From Amoebidium appalachense (taxonomy: Eukaryota > Protista > Ichthyosporea): a stretch of 64,000 nucleotides of DNA. The notes beneath the pieces are model-generated. The model was not told the origin of the DNA, did not search any database, and saw only the letters and a list, made by a program, of their open reading frames with translations. Position 1 is the first letter of the stretch. Every line of letters begins with the position of its first letter. The DNA lies in the NCBI GenBank assembly GCA_963693365.1, contig CAVNZM010000004.1, positions 888,448 to 952,447 on the forward strand. Direction: 5' to 3'. The translations under genes were made by a program, and so were the position numbers. Below, piece by piece: positions 38,954 through 60,151 of this stretch.

Positions 38954-39282
38954 AGGGCCCAACCACATCGGCAGAGTCAACTTGCAAAAAGCAGAATTAT
39001 TCTGCAAGAGGCGAATTATTCTGCAAAAAGCAGAATTATTCTGCAGAAAGCAGAAACATTCTGCAAAAGCAGAATTACTCTGCTTTTAGCAGGATTATTC
39101 TGCTTTTAGCAGAATTATTCAGCTTTTAGCAGAACTATCCCGCAAAAAGCAGATTTATTCTGCTTGCGACAGCAGAACATACTGCTTGTAGCAGAATCAT
39201 TCTGCTTTTAGCAGTATAATCCTGCCTTTTGCAGAATAAATCTGCCCGGAGCAAGTTGACTCAGCCGATGTGGTTGGGCCCT
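38954..39282. mobile_element. Fold-back MITE copy 2 with ~32-bp TIRs and apparent 6-bp TSD (GCGGGA)
   Basis: agggcccaaccacatcggcagagtcaacttgc ... gcaagttgactcagccgatgtggttgggccct; gcggga at 38948-38953 and 39283-39288. Confidence 0.9.
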
Positions 39283-39831
39283 GCGGGAGGGGGAGGCGGG
39301 AGGGGAGAGGGGGGCAGTGAGGAAGGGGGAGGGGGGGGGGGGGGGGGGGGGGGGGCATATGGCCATATGGGGGGGGAGGGGGGGGGGGGGGGGGGAGGGA
39401 GGGACCTAATCATTTTTCTTCCTCTTCTCCTTCTTTTTTTTTTTTTGCACTTTGAAATGGCTGTGACATATAGCTACACTACAATAAGTAGCATATGTCC
39501 GCCTCCTACCGTGCACATGGGAACCCGTACTGAGTGAGCAGGCATTATTCAGCTGAGGGTCCACTGACTGCCATCAGAGTTATCGATCGCTGTGGTCGGG
39601 CAGGCCCCAGCTGGCTTTTTGGCGGTGGTGGGGAGTGGGGTGGGGTGGGGGGGTGGGTGGGTGGGTTTGGGGGGGGGGGGGGGGGGGGGGGTTCTTTGCA
39701 ACATTTACACCTACTGAAACTTTTGAGTTATGCAAATTGAATTGGGATTTTGCAGGTTTTAGAGGCTCGTGCACGCCGCATCATCATACGCCCGCATACC
39801 AGTGGCTACACACGCATACATGAACACACAT

Positions 39832-39912
<81 letters not shown>

Positions 39913-40508
39913 CGCGCTTTGTTCACTGCCTTGAGCATATGCATGCAACCCTCCCCTACCCGCGCCTGGCCACCTGCAGAGCCAAGCATATACACGGGGG
40001 AAAAAACTTGAAACCAGAACACCAATTTTTGCGATTGCTATAACCGAATTGTTGGCGAAAATCTACATTATATTAACTAGAGCAACTCACGGTAATCCAC
40101 GGCTGGTATTGTGCACGTACGTTGATGTCGGTGTTTCTCAAGGGGTCTTTTTTATGGCATCACACATCTCAAAAAATGGTTTATAGCGGACGTACGTGTG
40201 AACCCCATTTACGTACTGATCTAGTTCAAGCCAGTGGCTCTACCCCTATAACTATGTTACAGAGAATGCACATATCATTCCTTAGCACATATGCTCAACT
40301 AGCACGCCTTAACTGTACAAATGTGCACAAAAACTACATACTAGGTGCAATATGCATGCGGAAAGCTTACAAATGAAGCAACACTACATATGTTCACCAC
40401 ACAGACATCACGTGCACTACATACACACCCTCCGGATAAAATGTCATGCAGTAGTCCAATCTTCTTTTTACAAACCCCGAACCAATGTCCTTCGTGCTCC
40501 TTTATACA

Positions 40509-40543
<35 letters not shown>

Positions 40544-40550
40544 CCCCGGC

Positions 40551-40586
<36 letters not shown>

Positions 40587-40664
40587 AAGAAAGAAAAGCA
40601 ACGAAAGAAGAAAAAAAATGGGAAAAGAGTGACACACACACACACACACACACACACGCACGCA

Positions 40665-40696
<32 letters not shown>

Positions 40697-40708
40697 CACA
40701 TTTGCGCG

Positions 40709-40815
<107 letters not shown>

Positions 40816-40841
40816 CTCCCGTTTGCTTGTGCCCCCTCCCT

Positions 40842-40874
<33 letters not shown>

Positions 40875-40889
40875 GCCACACACGCCCTC

Positions 40890-50096
<9,207 letters not shown>

Positions 50097-50394
50097 CCTT
50101 TGTCCTATGATCTCGATCTCCTGGCCACTTGATTTACATTACTGACTCGACCAAATCATGACCTGGTGCGTTTACTAACCAAGAATGGCTGTACCTCATA
50201 TACCCAAGTATTTGCATCAATTAGCACCCATCGCATCTAGTTCTGTTGAAGCATGAATATTATAAGACGGTAGCAGCTTGCGTATATTGCTCATGTGTCA
50301 CGGTGAATTATACATTATAAGCTAACATATACACACTTTGGAGACTGACTGCCAGTGACTGGGCACAATGATCTTCATCGAGGATTTGTGTCGA

Positions 50395-50498
50395 CCAATC
50401 ACCAAAGAGTGCACCCACGATTTGATATATTTGCGTAAACGTGATGCAGTTTGAACCAATCACATTTTGTTTGAGATTGTGATGCATTTATGACCAAT
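50395..50498. promoter_or_regulatory. Cluster of three CCAAT boxes upstream of the SLC35F5-like gene
   Basis: accaatc at 50395, 50456 and 50494, ~300-400 bp 5' of the ATG. Confidence 0.5.
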
Positions 50499-50894
50499 CG
50501 TATGTGAAAGGAGCTGGTAGTTGCGAGTGCGGCGCTGCCTTTCGGCAGCTCCTTTTGGCAGTCAGGTAGGCTCGTTCACACGGCGGCCCAACTTTCAAAC
50601 ACTGGCACTTGTTTAGAACGGACTGCTTTCGAATTCGCGCGTACAAAGTACAATAGCCAGTGCGGTGCTGTCTTCCGGCAGCTATTTGTAGTTATCATTT
50701 TGGGGCGTTCATCATTTCAGGCTCACTCGCGGGCCTTGCTTCGCTCGGCCCGCGGTTCACCCCGTTTGGTTCGCTACGCTCACCAGTTATCTCGACGCAC
50801 TCCAAGAACCAATTCGAAAACATCCATTCCCCAATCATGTACCGGGTCAGTTTTCAAGTTAGGCGCGCACTACATACAAAGACGCACGATTGTT

Positions 50895-51031
50895 AATCTT
50901 GATCTGGAATCTTATTGGGGATTTTTGAAACTGAGAAGTCCATCGAATTCTAGCGGAAATTTGCAGATTTCACACAATTTTTCTAAGAAAACAAGGTTTT
51001 GTGTATTAGGAAAGTTTATAGGGGGTGAAAA
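50895..51031 (+). repeat. Dispersed TE-like repeat, copy 1 (other copies 57974-58159 and 62411-62532)
   Basis: Shared aatcttg.tct.gaatctt...gggat...gaaactgagaagtccatc.gattctagc; copies 1 and 2 continue ...aacaaggttttgtgtattaggaaa.ttt.taggg..tgaaaag; copies 2 and 3 share aaacaatgacacgatcgccatt. Confidence 0.85.
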
Positions 51032-52016
51032 GGCGCGCAACAATGATTAGATCATCGGGGAGGTCCGATGCTTTCTTCATCCTCAAAATCAGCAAAAACT
51101 GTCAACGTGCCGATCTCATGCCAAGGGGCAACCTTGGGCCCGGGTACCATATCAGGAGCGGGCAATTTTTGAATTCTCCCTCCCCGGCCCTGCCGGGGAA
51201 AATTTGAGGTTTTTGGACCTCAAAGAAGTGAAATCCTGCAAAATCCACTACCGGGAGGCCAAAAAGGGTGATTTCACAAAAAAGGAGGGTCATACATGAA
51301 AAAGAGAAAATGGGCGAGTTCAGTGGGCTGCCGATAAGTATATTTCGTGCTGGGCCGGTATACATGCTGCCGTGGTTGTTGCTGTAGACGGCAGTATGGC
51401 ATTGCATGTGTCATGTGACCTGCACGTGAATGCGACCATGTGCAGGCACTGAGTCTAGGGGGATTTGTGTGTGTGTTTTGGAGCACCGACAAGGCAGAGC
51501 CAGGGTGAGGGATGTGTAAACATGGAGTTTAGGGAGATCGTGCTGCTATTGTAACATGTGCACAAAACAGCCACGTGCACCACACTCCGGTGTACAGAAC
51601 AATAATATGCACCTGTGTCACTGTAATATCATGTATTCGCATGCCGCACAAGGTTTAGGAGACCACCACAGTATATACTATTTTCTTTTGGTTGATATCC
51701 ATTTAGGAATGGTGTGTTGCAATTGTCATGATCAGCCTGAGGCAGGCACGTGCACTCACTGAATTGCTAGAACTCATGAATAAAAAATACATTCGCTAAC
51801 AACGGCAAGGTAAATTTGGGGCCAAGCTATTATTTCCCCCTTTTAAACGTTTTTTTAGCTCCAAGAACTTCGACGCCAAAATTTCTATATTTGGCCATCG
51901 TATATGATAATGAACACGTGTACCTAAAGTAGTTATATAAATATGAGCGGCCCGTTACAAATACAGTGACGAAAAACAGTGACCCACAAGCAGTTTTTCT
52001 TTCTATCCCCCCCCCC

Positions 52017-52047
<31 letters not shown>

Positions 52048-52344
52048 CAGACACACACACCACCACCACGGTGACCACCACCACCACCACCACCACCACT
52101 CACCCCCCAAAAAAACCACACACATACGTGCACGTGTACACACACACACAGAACACCACCACCACCTCCACTGGACCCCATTTCCTCGTTGTTTTCTTAA
52201 GCCTTCAGACCAGTCCTGTACACTGGAGTTAGACAATTTAATTCATCTAGGCTGACATGCATCCACCCCTGCCTTCCACTTCCCTCCCCCTCCCCCCCCC
52301 CCCCCCCACCCCCTCCCCCTCAATGAAGAAGGGCCCCGTAAGCC

Positions 52345-52377
<33 letters not shown>

Positions 52378-53356
52378 AGGGGGAAGGGGGGAGCTCTTGA
52401 GCCTCCGGGTAGGGAAGTGGGGTCCGGGGATCCGGAGGGAGGGGGGGGGGGGGGGGGGGGGGGGGGAAGGGGCATATAATATTGGGCCTAGATATCATAG
52501 TATGGGGCCCCGGGGGAGGGAGAGGTGGGAGGGGGGGGGGGGGGGGGAGGATCCACGGGAAAGACCTTTAGGTGCATGTTCTTATATATACCCCCTTCGA
52601 ATCATCCCCCCTCCCCCCCCCTCCCCCCCCCCTGAGTGCAGGCCGTGACGTAGCTACGGTAACCCTGCAGAAGGCAACAAAAATGTATTAATTACTAGCA
52701 CTGTACATGTGTTCATAGTGCAGCTTGCACCACGTATGATCTCAGCAACTTTAAAGTAGTCACAAAGTTTAGTTATTTTCATTATTTTCATTGCTCTGAA
52801 CTCTATTACTCTGAACTTGAAACGATCCCCGTGCATGTGCCGCAAGATAACAACCCTATATGTGTGCAGCTGCAGCCTGCAGGTTCAAGTTAGACTCGCT
52901 GAAAAGACAATTGTCAGTGTGCATCCGACGCTTGCAGCTGCAGCTGGCCTCTGCAACATTAATACTTGCCAAGTGAATGCTCTTACACTTGATCATCATT
53001 CACTCAAAAAACCGAGGACCGACAGATTAAATATAGTATTAATGTCGATCCGAATGATCAGCAAGTGTCTATGTGTACTACTATATACACACACACACGT
53101 AAAAAGCGAAGCTATCAGTTACAAGGCACACTTGCTGCACTGGCACACATACACATACACACCGGCAGATCGATGCTGTCAAAATTTACTTTCATGTACT
53201 TCGTAGGTCCGACACAGGTGCACATGAACACGTACATATGTACAAGCTGCGCACACACCACACCACACATACACACACACACACTCACACACACACACAC
53301 GCACACACGCACACACGCGTGCACGCACACACACACGCACACACGCACACACGCGT

Positions 53357-53422
<66 letters not shown>

Positions 53423-53827
53423 CACTGGGTGCGCTCGCTGGGGATTAGTTTTTTGGCACACTGTTGACTTTATCGTGTGTTTATTATTTGCTATTTATTG
53501 GCCAGCGGCCAACATTTAAAAATATATATACCTAAAAATAAATACTGACTGCGGCCAGCAGACATTATACACCTTCCAGGACACATTAACACCAATAGTC
53601 TAACACACCATACTCTCGATCACAAAGAATTACTAACAAACAGAGAAAAGTGCAAAGGCTCTGTACTATTACTCAGATTCTAAATTCTAATTCTTAACAG
53701 TAAACTTCGGAATGAAAGCTAGCCCCCCCCCCCCCCCCCCCCCTAACATGACTGTACGAAGAACAGGTATAACTTGAAGCGCTACAACACATATGAGATC
53801 TCCGTTACATTGGTGTACATTCCAATA

Positions 53828-55156
53828 TTAGACACTAGTTTGGCTACTCTGACTACTCTGAGATCCTGTTTGGCTGCCTGCAGACTTGCGGCCACGATTA
53901 CTTTGCTTTCGATCGTGCCATTGCAGCTGCGTCTCTCCAGCAGGTGGCAACGCCAGGCCCAGCACAGCAGCTGCACGAGAAGGGGGTGGGAACTGCCCAC
54001 CAGCCGAGGGCTGGCCCACATGGCCCAAATAAGGATGGGGACCGTGCTGCGGCAGTAGCCCAGGCATGGGGAAGGCAGGGCCGGGCTGAGGCGGCATGAT
54101 GCCCCACGGTGGGGGCCAGCCATGTGGGTGGTGCGGGCCTGGATGGGGTGCAGGGGGCATGTGCGACACATGGCCCTGCTGCATGTCAAGCGCGGGTGCT
54201 GGTGGCATAGCATCCTGATTGGCTGCAACCCAACGTGGGCAGCTCTTGGCCCGATTGGAGCCGGGGCAGCCCTTGCCCTGGCGGCCACACGTCTTGCAGG
54301 TCTTGGGGGCTCTCTGGGGTGGCTGCATAGGAGGGGGCACCGGCAAATCCATCTGCAGGGGCCCCTCAGGGCCAATGTTGCGATGCTTCTTGCCCACACG
54401 CATGGGCAAGGGCCGCTCACGCTGCGCCCCTGCATCGACACCGTCTGGAACAGGGAGGGGTGGCAGGGGGGCAGGCCGTATGATGGTTGCTGGCACAGCG
54501 TCTGCCCTCTCCTCGCGCATACGCTTGCGGTGATCTGCGAGGCCCTCGTGTGTGGAGCGCTGTGCATGTGCCGTCTGCCAGGTCTTCCACTTGTCGAAAT
54601 GCTTCTTGATGTAGGCCGCATCCTTCATGTAGATTCCCCCAGCCACAGAGGCAGCCTTGTTGAAGTCTTGGGCCAAAGCCTCGAACAGCTGGCCGTTGGG
54701 CTTTGCATGTGCCTTGTAGGTGCCCAGGAGCAGCGTGCTGAATAGCTTGCGCTCCTGAGGGGTAAGCACCGGAAGGAAGGGGATGGCCACATGTTGCTTC
54801 TGCGCCAGGAACTTGTAGTCGCCCCTCAGTGCAGGGTCCGGCTGTGGTGCACCACGCGCCACCTGGTTGCCCCCCCCCATGGCAGCACCGTCACCCTCCT
54901 CGACCTCACAGTCCTCTGGCCCGCCCATCACGCCATTGGCTGCAGGCTCGTTGTTATCAGACGGAGGTGGGGGTGCGGGCACCGCAACTGGCTCCTGCGC
55001 CGGGGCATTGTTATTGGCCACACAGGAGAGCGGGGCAAAGTTGAAGTACTCCTCCGGTAGCTTGTAGCATCGGGCCCCCCCCACTACAGCCCCTGGATTG
55101 TTGACGACATGGAGGCACTGGCCCTGATGCTGTACGGCCATCACCTCGACCCCCAC
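53828..55156 (-). mobile_element. 5'-truncated intronless ORF resembling the C-terminus of DUF6729 / 3'-5' exonuclease-associated transposon proteins
   Basis: DYKFLAQKQHVAIPFLPVLTPQERKLF...FEALAQDFNKAA...GIYMKDAAYIKKHFDKW plus KTCKTC...CPG....C Zn-knuckle, matching my recollection of the YLAxRQ..LPVxTxxExxLF..WN..IFYK pattern in fungal members; no ATG-initiated N-terminal core. Confidence 0.55.
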
Positions 55157-55269
55157 TGGGTGGGTACCCGTGGGCTGCTACAAGCTACCGGAGGAGTACT
55201 TCAACTTTGCCCCGCTCTCCTGTGTGGCCAATGCCCCGGCGCAGGAGCCAGTTGCGGTGCCCGCACCCC
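54970..55269. repeat. ~100-bp inverted duplication (54970-55069 vs 55176-55269)
   Basis: tgctacaagctaccggaggagtacttcaactttgccccgctctcctgtgtggcca...gcaggagccagttgcggtgcccgcacccc is the reverse complement of the ORF segment, minus 6 bp. Confidence 0.95.
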
Positions 55270-55469
55270 GCAAACCGCTAAATGACATAAATATAGTAGT
55301 AAACAAATAATAAATTGATCAAATGAATGAATAAACAAAGAATACTTATACTAGTTCCTTTTTGAGATGGTGAATAAAAAAAGGGAAATTCGGAAGAAAA
55401 AAAAAACTTTGAAAAAAAAAAAAAAAAAGAAGCTGAAAGCGTGAAAGCCTATGTGTGTTTGTGTGTGTG

Positions 55470-55579
<110 letters not shown>

Positions 55580-55908
55580 ACGTGTGTGTGTGTGTGTGTG
55601 TCAGTGCGTGTGTGTGTGTGTTTTAAATCTAAATCAATACTTGAAAGTCTAGCATTTAGTACATCAAGTCCCCCCCCCCCCCCCCCCCCCCCCCCCTCCC
55701 CTCCGTCCTCCCCAACCCGCTAAATAAGTAAATATAGAGGAAATCAATAAGTAATTGATTCAAATAATAATAAAAACATACTAATTTTTTTCAAGGGGAC
55801 CAAACCAAAAAAGAAACACACACACACACACACTGGCACACACACACACACAAAACAACTCATACAAACAAGGACGTACTAGTCTTTCTGCTCCCTCACA
55901 CCTTACTC

Positions 55909-56400
55909 TCACACCTTACGAATTTGGCACCACACACCTACACGAGTAAGAGGCAACCCCTTTCCCTTCGCCTCATACAAATCCGTATTCAGGGTTTCAT
56001 CAAGGTCCAAACCATTACCGTAACTCACACGGAAAAGAAACCCCCTTTTCTGGGCACCACCCACTATCACCCCACGCAGCCAGCCCACCAAACTAAACCT
56101 GCGCAAGATCTCACACCCATGCAAATTGCTACCCAACCGGGGGCACTCCTTAACTACTTCGTACCCCTCAGGTATCTCCCATTCGTTCTCCTCCTCCTGT
56201 TTCTCCTCCTCCTCCTCCTCCTCCTCCTCCTTGCCCTCCTCCGCCTCCTCGCCCTCCTCCTCCTCCTCCTGCGAGCCGCTCTCGTCGCCACTACCGATTT
56301 CATCATCCACCTCATCCTCCAAATCCTCGGGATCCTTTTCGGCCTCGTCTGCCTCCGGTACCTCCTGATAATCACCCACGAGCCCCCAATGTCGTGTTAC
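55909..56400 (-). pseudogene. Gene/TE fragment: acidic tract followed by a Tudor-like (PTM/DIR17-type) domain, truncated 5' by the adjacent LTR
   Basis: EEEEE tract then GCEILRRFSLVGWLRGVIVGGAQKRGFLFRVSYGNGLDLDETL, fitting the pattern F..GW..G.I......F.V.Y.(D/N)G...E.L; possible donor gtgtga after IRK. Confidence 0.5.
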
Positions 56401-56411
56401 GCCCTTGCGTG

Positions 56412-57015
56412 TATACAAACTACTCTAACTATCTGCACGCTTAAAGGGGCTTGAAACTGTGTATACGTATAAACTTTTCTTTGAGTTGGGTGGGAAGCGA
56501 GCTTTTTGGTGGGAAGCGAGCCTTACGTGTTCTTAGAAGAACTTCGAAAAGCCCGCGACCCCGCGAGACACTTCACAGACACGCGGCCCACCGGCCAGAC
56601 AAATACCACAGTGACATTCAGCCAATCACAACACTCCCTCCCCCACAGACTACACGCACTCCACACCATTGGCTACCGCCACCTCAGACACCCCTACAGC
56701 ACTACAACACGTACACACGTTTACTCACAATACATATAAGCATACACACACGCGAGCAGGCAACATGGGTCTCGCCAAGCACACAGCAAGAAGCAATACA
56801 ACATTTAACATGGAGAGTACGCAGAGGCGTGGAGCATGCACGCGCGCAGCTTTAACAATCAGCCGCCGCCGCATCAGGTTCTCCCCATACCACTGATTAA
56901 TCTCCTCATACCCCACTTAGACCCCGGCATCACTATGCAAGAAAACCCCCCAAATTCACTCACCAAAACACAAAATATAGAAGCAAACTAATACGAATCA
57001 GCTCAGCACATGACA
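56412..57015 (-). mobile_element. LTR (57015-56452) plus ~40 bp of leader; truncated copy of the element at 60152
   Basis: Reverse complement aligns along its length with 60152-60745; begins TGTCATGTGCTGAGCTG and ends ACAGTTTCA. Confidence 0.9.
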
Positions 57016-58322
57016 CCCAATCTGCCTGCACTGGCCCTACTGGCCGGGGGAATGTATATTTCATCCCCTTCGGCAACCCTTCAAGGGTAATTAACTTATT
57101 ATCTGCTGGGTCGGTAGACATAAGGCCGCCCGTTGCCTCAAACGCTCTCCACCGCAACTTTGAATAGTTGGGCTTCGCCTGTACTGTGCCGTCGGGAGAA
57201 CCCAAAACTAACACTAGAACCCAAAACTAAACTAGAACCCAAAACAAAACATCTAAACTCTCCATGTGCGAGCGCAATTGTGCTTTTGCCGTTTCGGCTT
57301 GTGCAATTGCCGTGCACGTGTGGTTGCGTTGTTGATTGTGTTGTTTGCGTTTACAAAACCCTCAGAAATGATTGCTTGGGCTTCTTGGGTAGTTTCCTGA
57401 AACTTGTCTGTGGCCTCATTTACTGTGTGCAGTGCACTATTCAACGCCCCAAGTGCAGCTGCCTGCACCTGGACTACTGGCTTGGTCATGATCGGTGGGT
57501 TTAATATGCATTCAACCTGCCTATATGACTAGGATGTAAAAACTAGCTATACTATAAGACTGCTTGAAGCCTTCGAACTAGTAGTTGGGGCCTTCGTATG
57601 TTTCTGCTCGTTTATCGACATAGTCGGCCACATGAGTCCTTTGCATACCATGCGATGTGCGGCCGCCGCCTATCATTGGCCCTGGCGAGCTTTGGGCGGT
57701 CGTTGAAATCACGGCGAACCACTGTTTTGTCTGGGAAAGAGATCGAAATACAGGGGGTCTAAACTGACCAGATAAACCCGATTACTCGTCCTACTATGTA
57801 TAGGACCCCTTGGTGCACGAGCGCTAACATAATCCCGAAAAATGACCGAGGTCAGTATGTTAAGATTTTTGAAAATCGGCGTCGACGTTATGTTGTGCGC
57901 GGAGTATGTTACGCGCGGACGCATACTGTATTTATGTGACAATGATGCGGGCCGCCAGTGCTCTATGTCAATCAAACAATGACACGATCGCCATTTTGAA
58001 TCTCCCCCCTTGAACCGCGGCGCTAATCTTGGTCTAGAATCTTAAAGGGGATATTGAAACTGAGAAGTCCATCAGATTCTAGCAGAATTTGCAGATTTCA
58101 CATAATTTTTTTTGAGAACAAGGTTTTGTGTATTAGGAAACTTTGTAGGGGATGAAAAGAACCGTTTACATCTTTTTGTTTTATTCATTCGTGAGACTTT
58201 CTTGATTGGTTAACTACCTACATTATCGGATTTGAATTCCCTTTCAGTATATAAACCGTTTACATCTTTTGTTTTATTCAGGCCCACCACCATGGTCTCC
58301 CAGCACGACCTCGTCCCTCTCA

Positions 58323-60151
58323 ATGGCAAGCGCACAGTCCCGAGCAGTCCCCCCCGCCCCCACATGCCATGCAAACCGGTTTGGAGCCCTCGCTATCGAA
58401 AACTCCGATGACATCATGGATTTTGAGTCCCAGCAGCAGAGTCAGCAGGTTGTGCTGTCTACTCCACAACCTTCCATCCCAGCCGCTAAGAAACACAAGA
58501 CCAACACAGACGAACTCAAGAACCTACGTGATGAAAATGCCCGCCTTCGCGTCCAAGTGACTGAGCTCCTGCAGCAGGTGAAGGAACTCAACGCCACCCT
58601 GGCTCGTTTCATCGATACGTCTTCGCCTTCCCGTGAGCAGCCGGTGGGGCCGGCCGCTGCGGCAGCTGTTGCGGCCTCTCCCCCTCGCGGTGGTGGCCCT
58701 CACATTCCCACCGTCATTCCGGAACGGTCGGAGATTCGCGGAGCCGCCCCCCCCCCTGCCAATTCCAACGCCGTTTCCGATGCTGCCGCCGCTGCTCGCT
58801 CCGAGGAGGACGCACTTCGTGAGGAGGCCAACAAGGTTGGCTCGGTCAAGGGCAAGCCTGAGGCTGTTGACAGCTTTGTGGCCGCTGTCAAGCGCCTTCG
58901 TGGCCCGGTCCTGTCAACCCCATGCCACGTCAGGACCAAGCCCGTGCTCACTCTCCCGCTTTTAAACCCGTCTCGTCACCCTTGCTCGCGGCCCCATCTC
59001 GCAGATCAAGCAAGATTTTCGGGCAATTCGTGTGCGCACCAACAAAATTCGCAATCAGTCCTTCATCGGCGGCCGTGTGCTTGAGCTTCTTGTTGAGGAG
59101 GACTACGAGGCTGAGTTGTGCACCAAGCTGCGCAACCTTCTGCACCTCGAAATTCTGGACTCGGCGGCTTTTCAGCCTGACGCGCTCGGTAACATTCGGC
59201 AACAGAAATTTATGGACGCCGGCAAAACCGCTGTGGACATGCTTCGCGGGCGGTTGCAGAAACAGGTGGCCTTTTTCGAGCGGGCGGACGGATCCCCCTG
59301 CCACGTCACACTGCGTCCCAGGAGGTGGCGGCTTTTTATCGTGCGTGGTTGGATCGGATTGGCGCACAGCAGGCCACTGCCGAAAACTTTGAAAAATGGC
59401 CCAACAACCTCAACCTCTTTTTTGTTTTGGAATGTCCATGGTTTACAATCCCCGCAATTGCAATACATTTTCGACTCTGTTCGTACCTATTCTTTAAAAA
59501 ATTGTTGTTCTTGCCGAGACCTGGTTCTATAATCATCATCAGTTGGAGCAATCCGGATTTTTTGATTGGGTCTTCGTCATCGACTGGTTTTTCCCGAGGC
59601 GGCATCGCGGTTTTAGCCAATCCTAGAATTCGTTCGGATTGCAGGGTCATTGCGGCGCATGAGTATTTCGTCACCATTCAGCTTCGTGCGTGGACTTTGT
59701 CTTTCGTTTACTTTCCTCCGTGGTTAGGTACTGACACTTTGTCAGCCGTGGTTAACCAAATTCCCGTTTCTCAAGTTTTTGTCGGTGACTTCAATTGTCC
59801 AAAGGTTCCGTGTGATCGGGAACATTCCCCGTCCCCAGCACACTGGCAGTTTCGTCCTTTTTCTAATTGTGCTCGTCACGTCCTCGCCAACCTTCTTCGA
59901 GAGCACCTTGTCCGTCTTCCTCGCGTTTTTGCCAACCACGCGACTGACTGGTGTGCCTCGTTTTGGGACTCCACCCTTCGAGTAATATCCCCACCCAATT
60001 CCTTACGGCGTAGTTCAGACCATTCCCCTGTAGAATTTTCGGTTTCCGAGTCCTTCCCTGTTCACTTCGGCTGGGCTACTCAGACTAACCGCCGCCTCTT
60101 ATCTCGCGGTTTCAAACACAACTTAAACCAGTTACTCGCCGTCAAGGAGTA
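58323..60151 (+). mobile_element. Degenerate non-LTR retrotransposon (LINE): frameshifted ORF1 (~58323-59390) and the APE endonuclease part of ORF2 (~59400-60151); RT absent
   Basis: ORF1 has NRFGAL, a coiled coil and IRNQSFIGGRVLELLVEEDY. ORF2 has APE motifs FWNVHGL, RGGIAVL, VYFPP, VGDFN and SDHSPV. It ends abruptly at the LTR. Confidence 0.9.

Noticed and set aside
37600-39250. CRISPR-like array of palindromic repeats
   Set aside because: Units are separated by only ~4-5 nt rather than unique spacers, lie within TIRs, and have no cas genes; eukaryotic context
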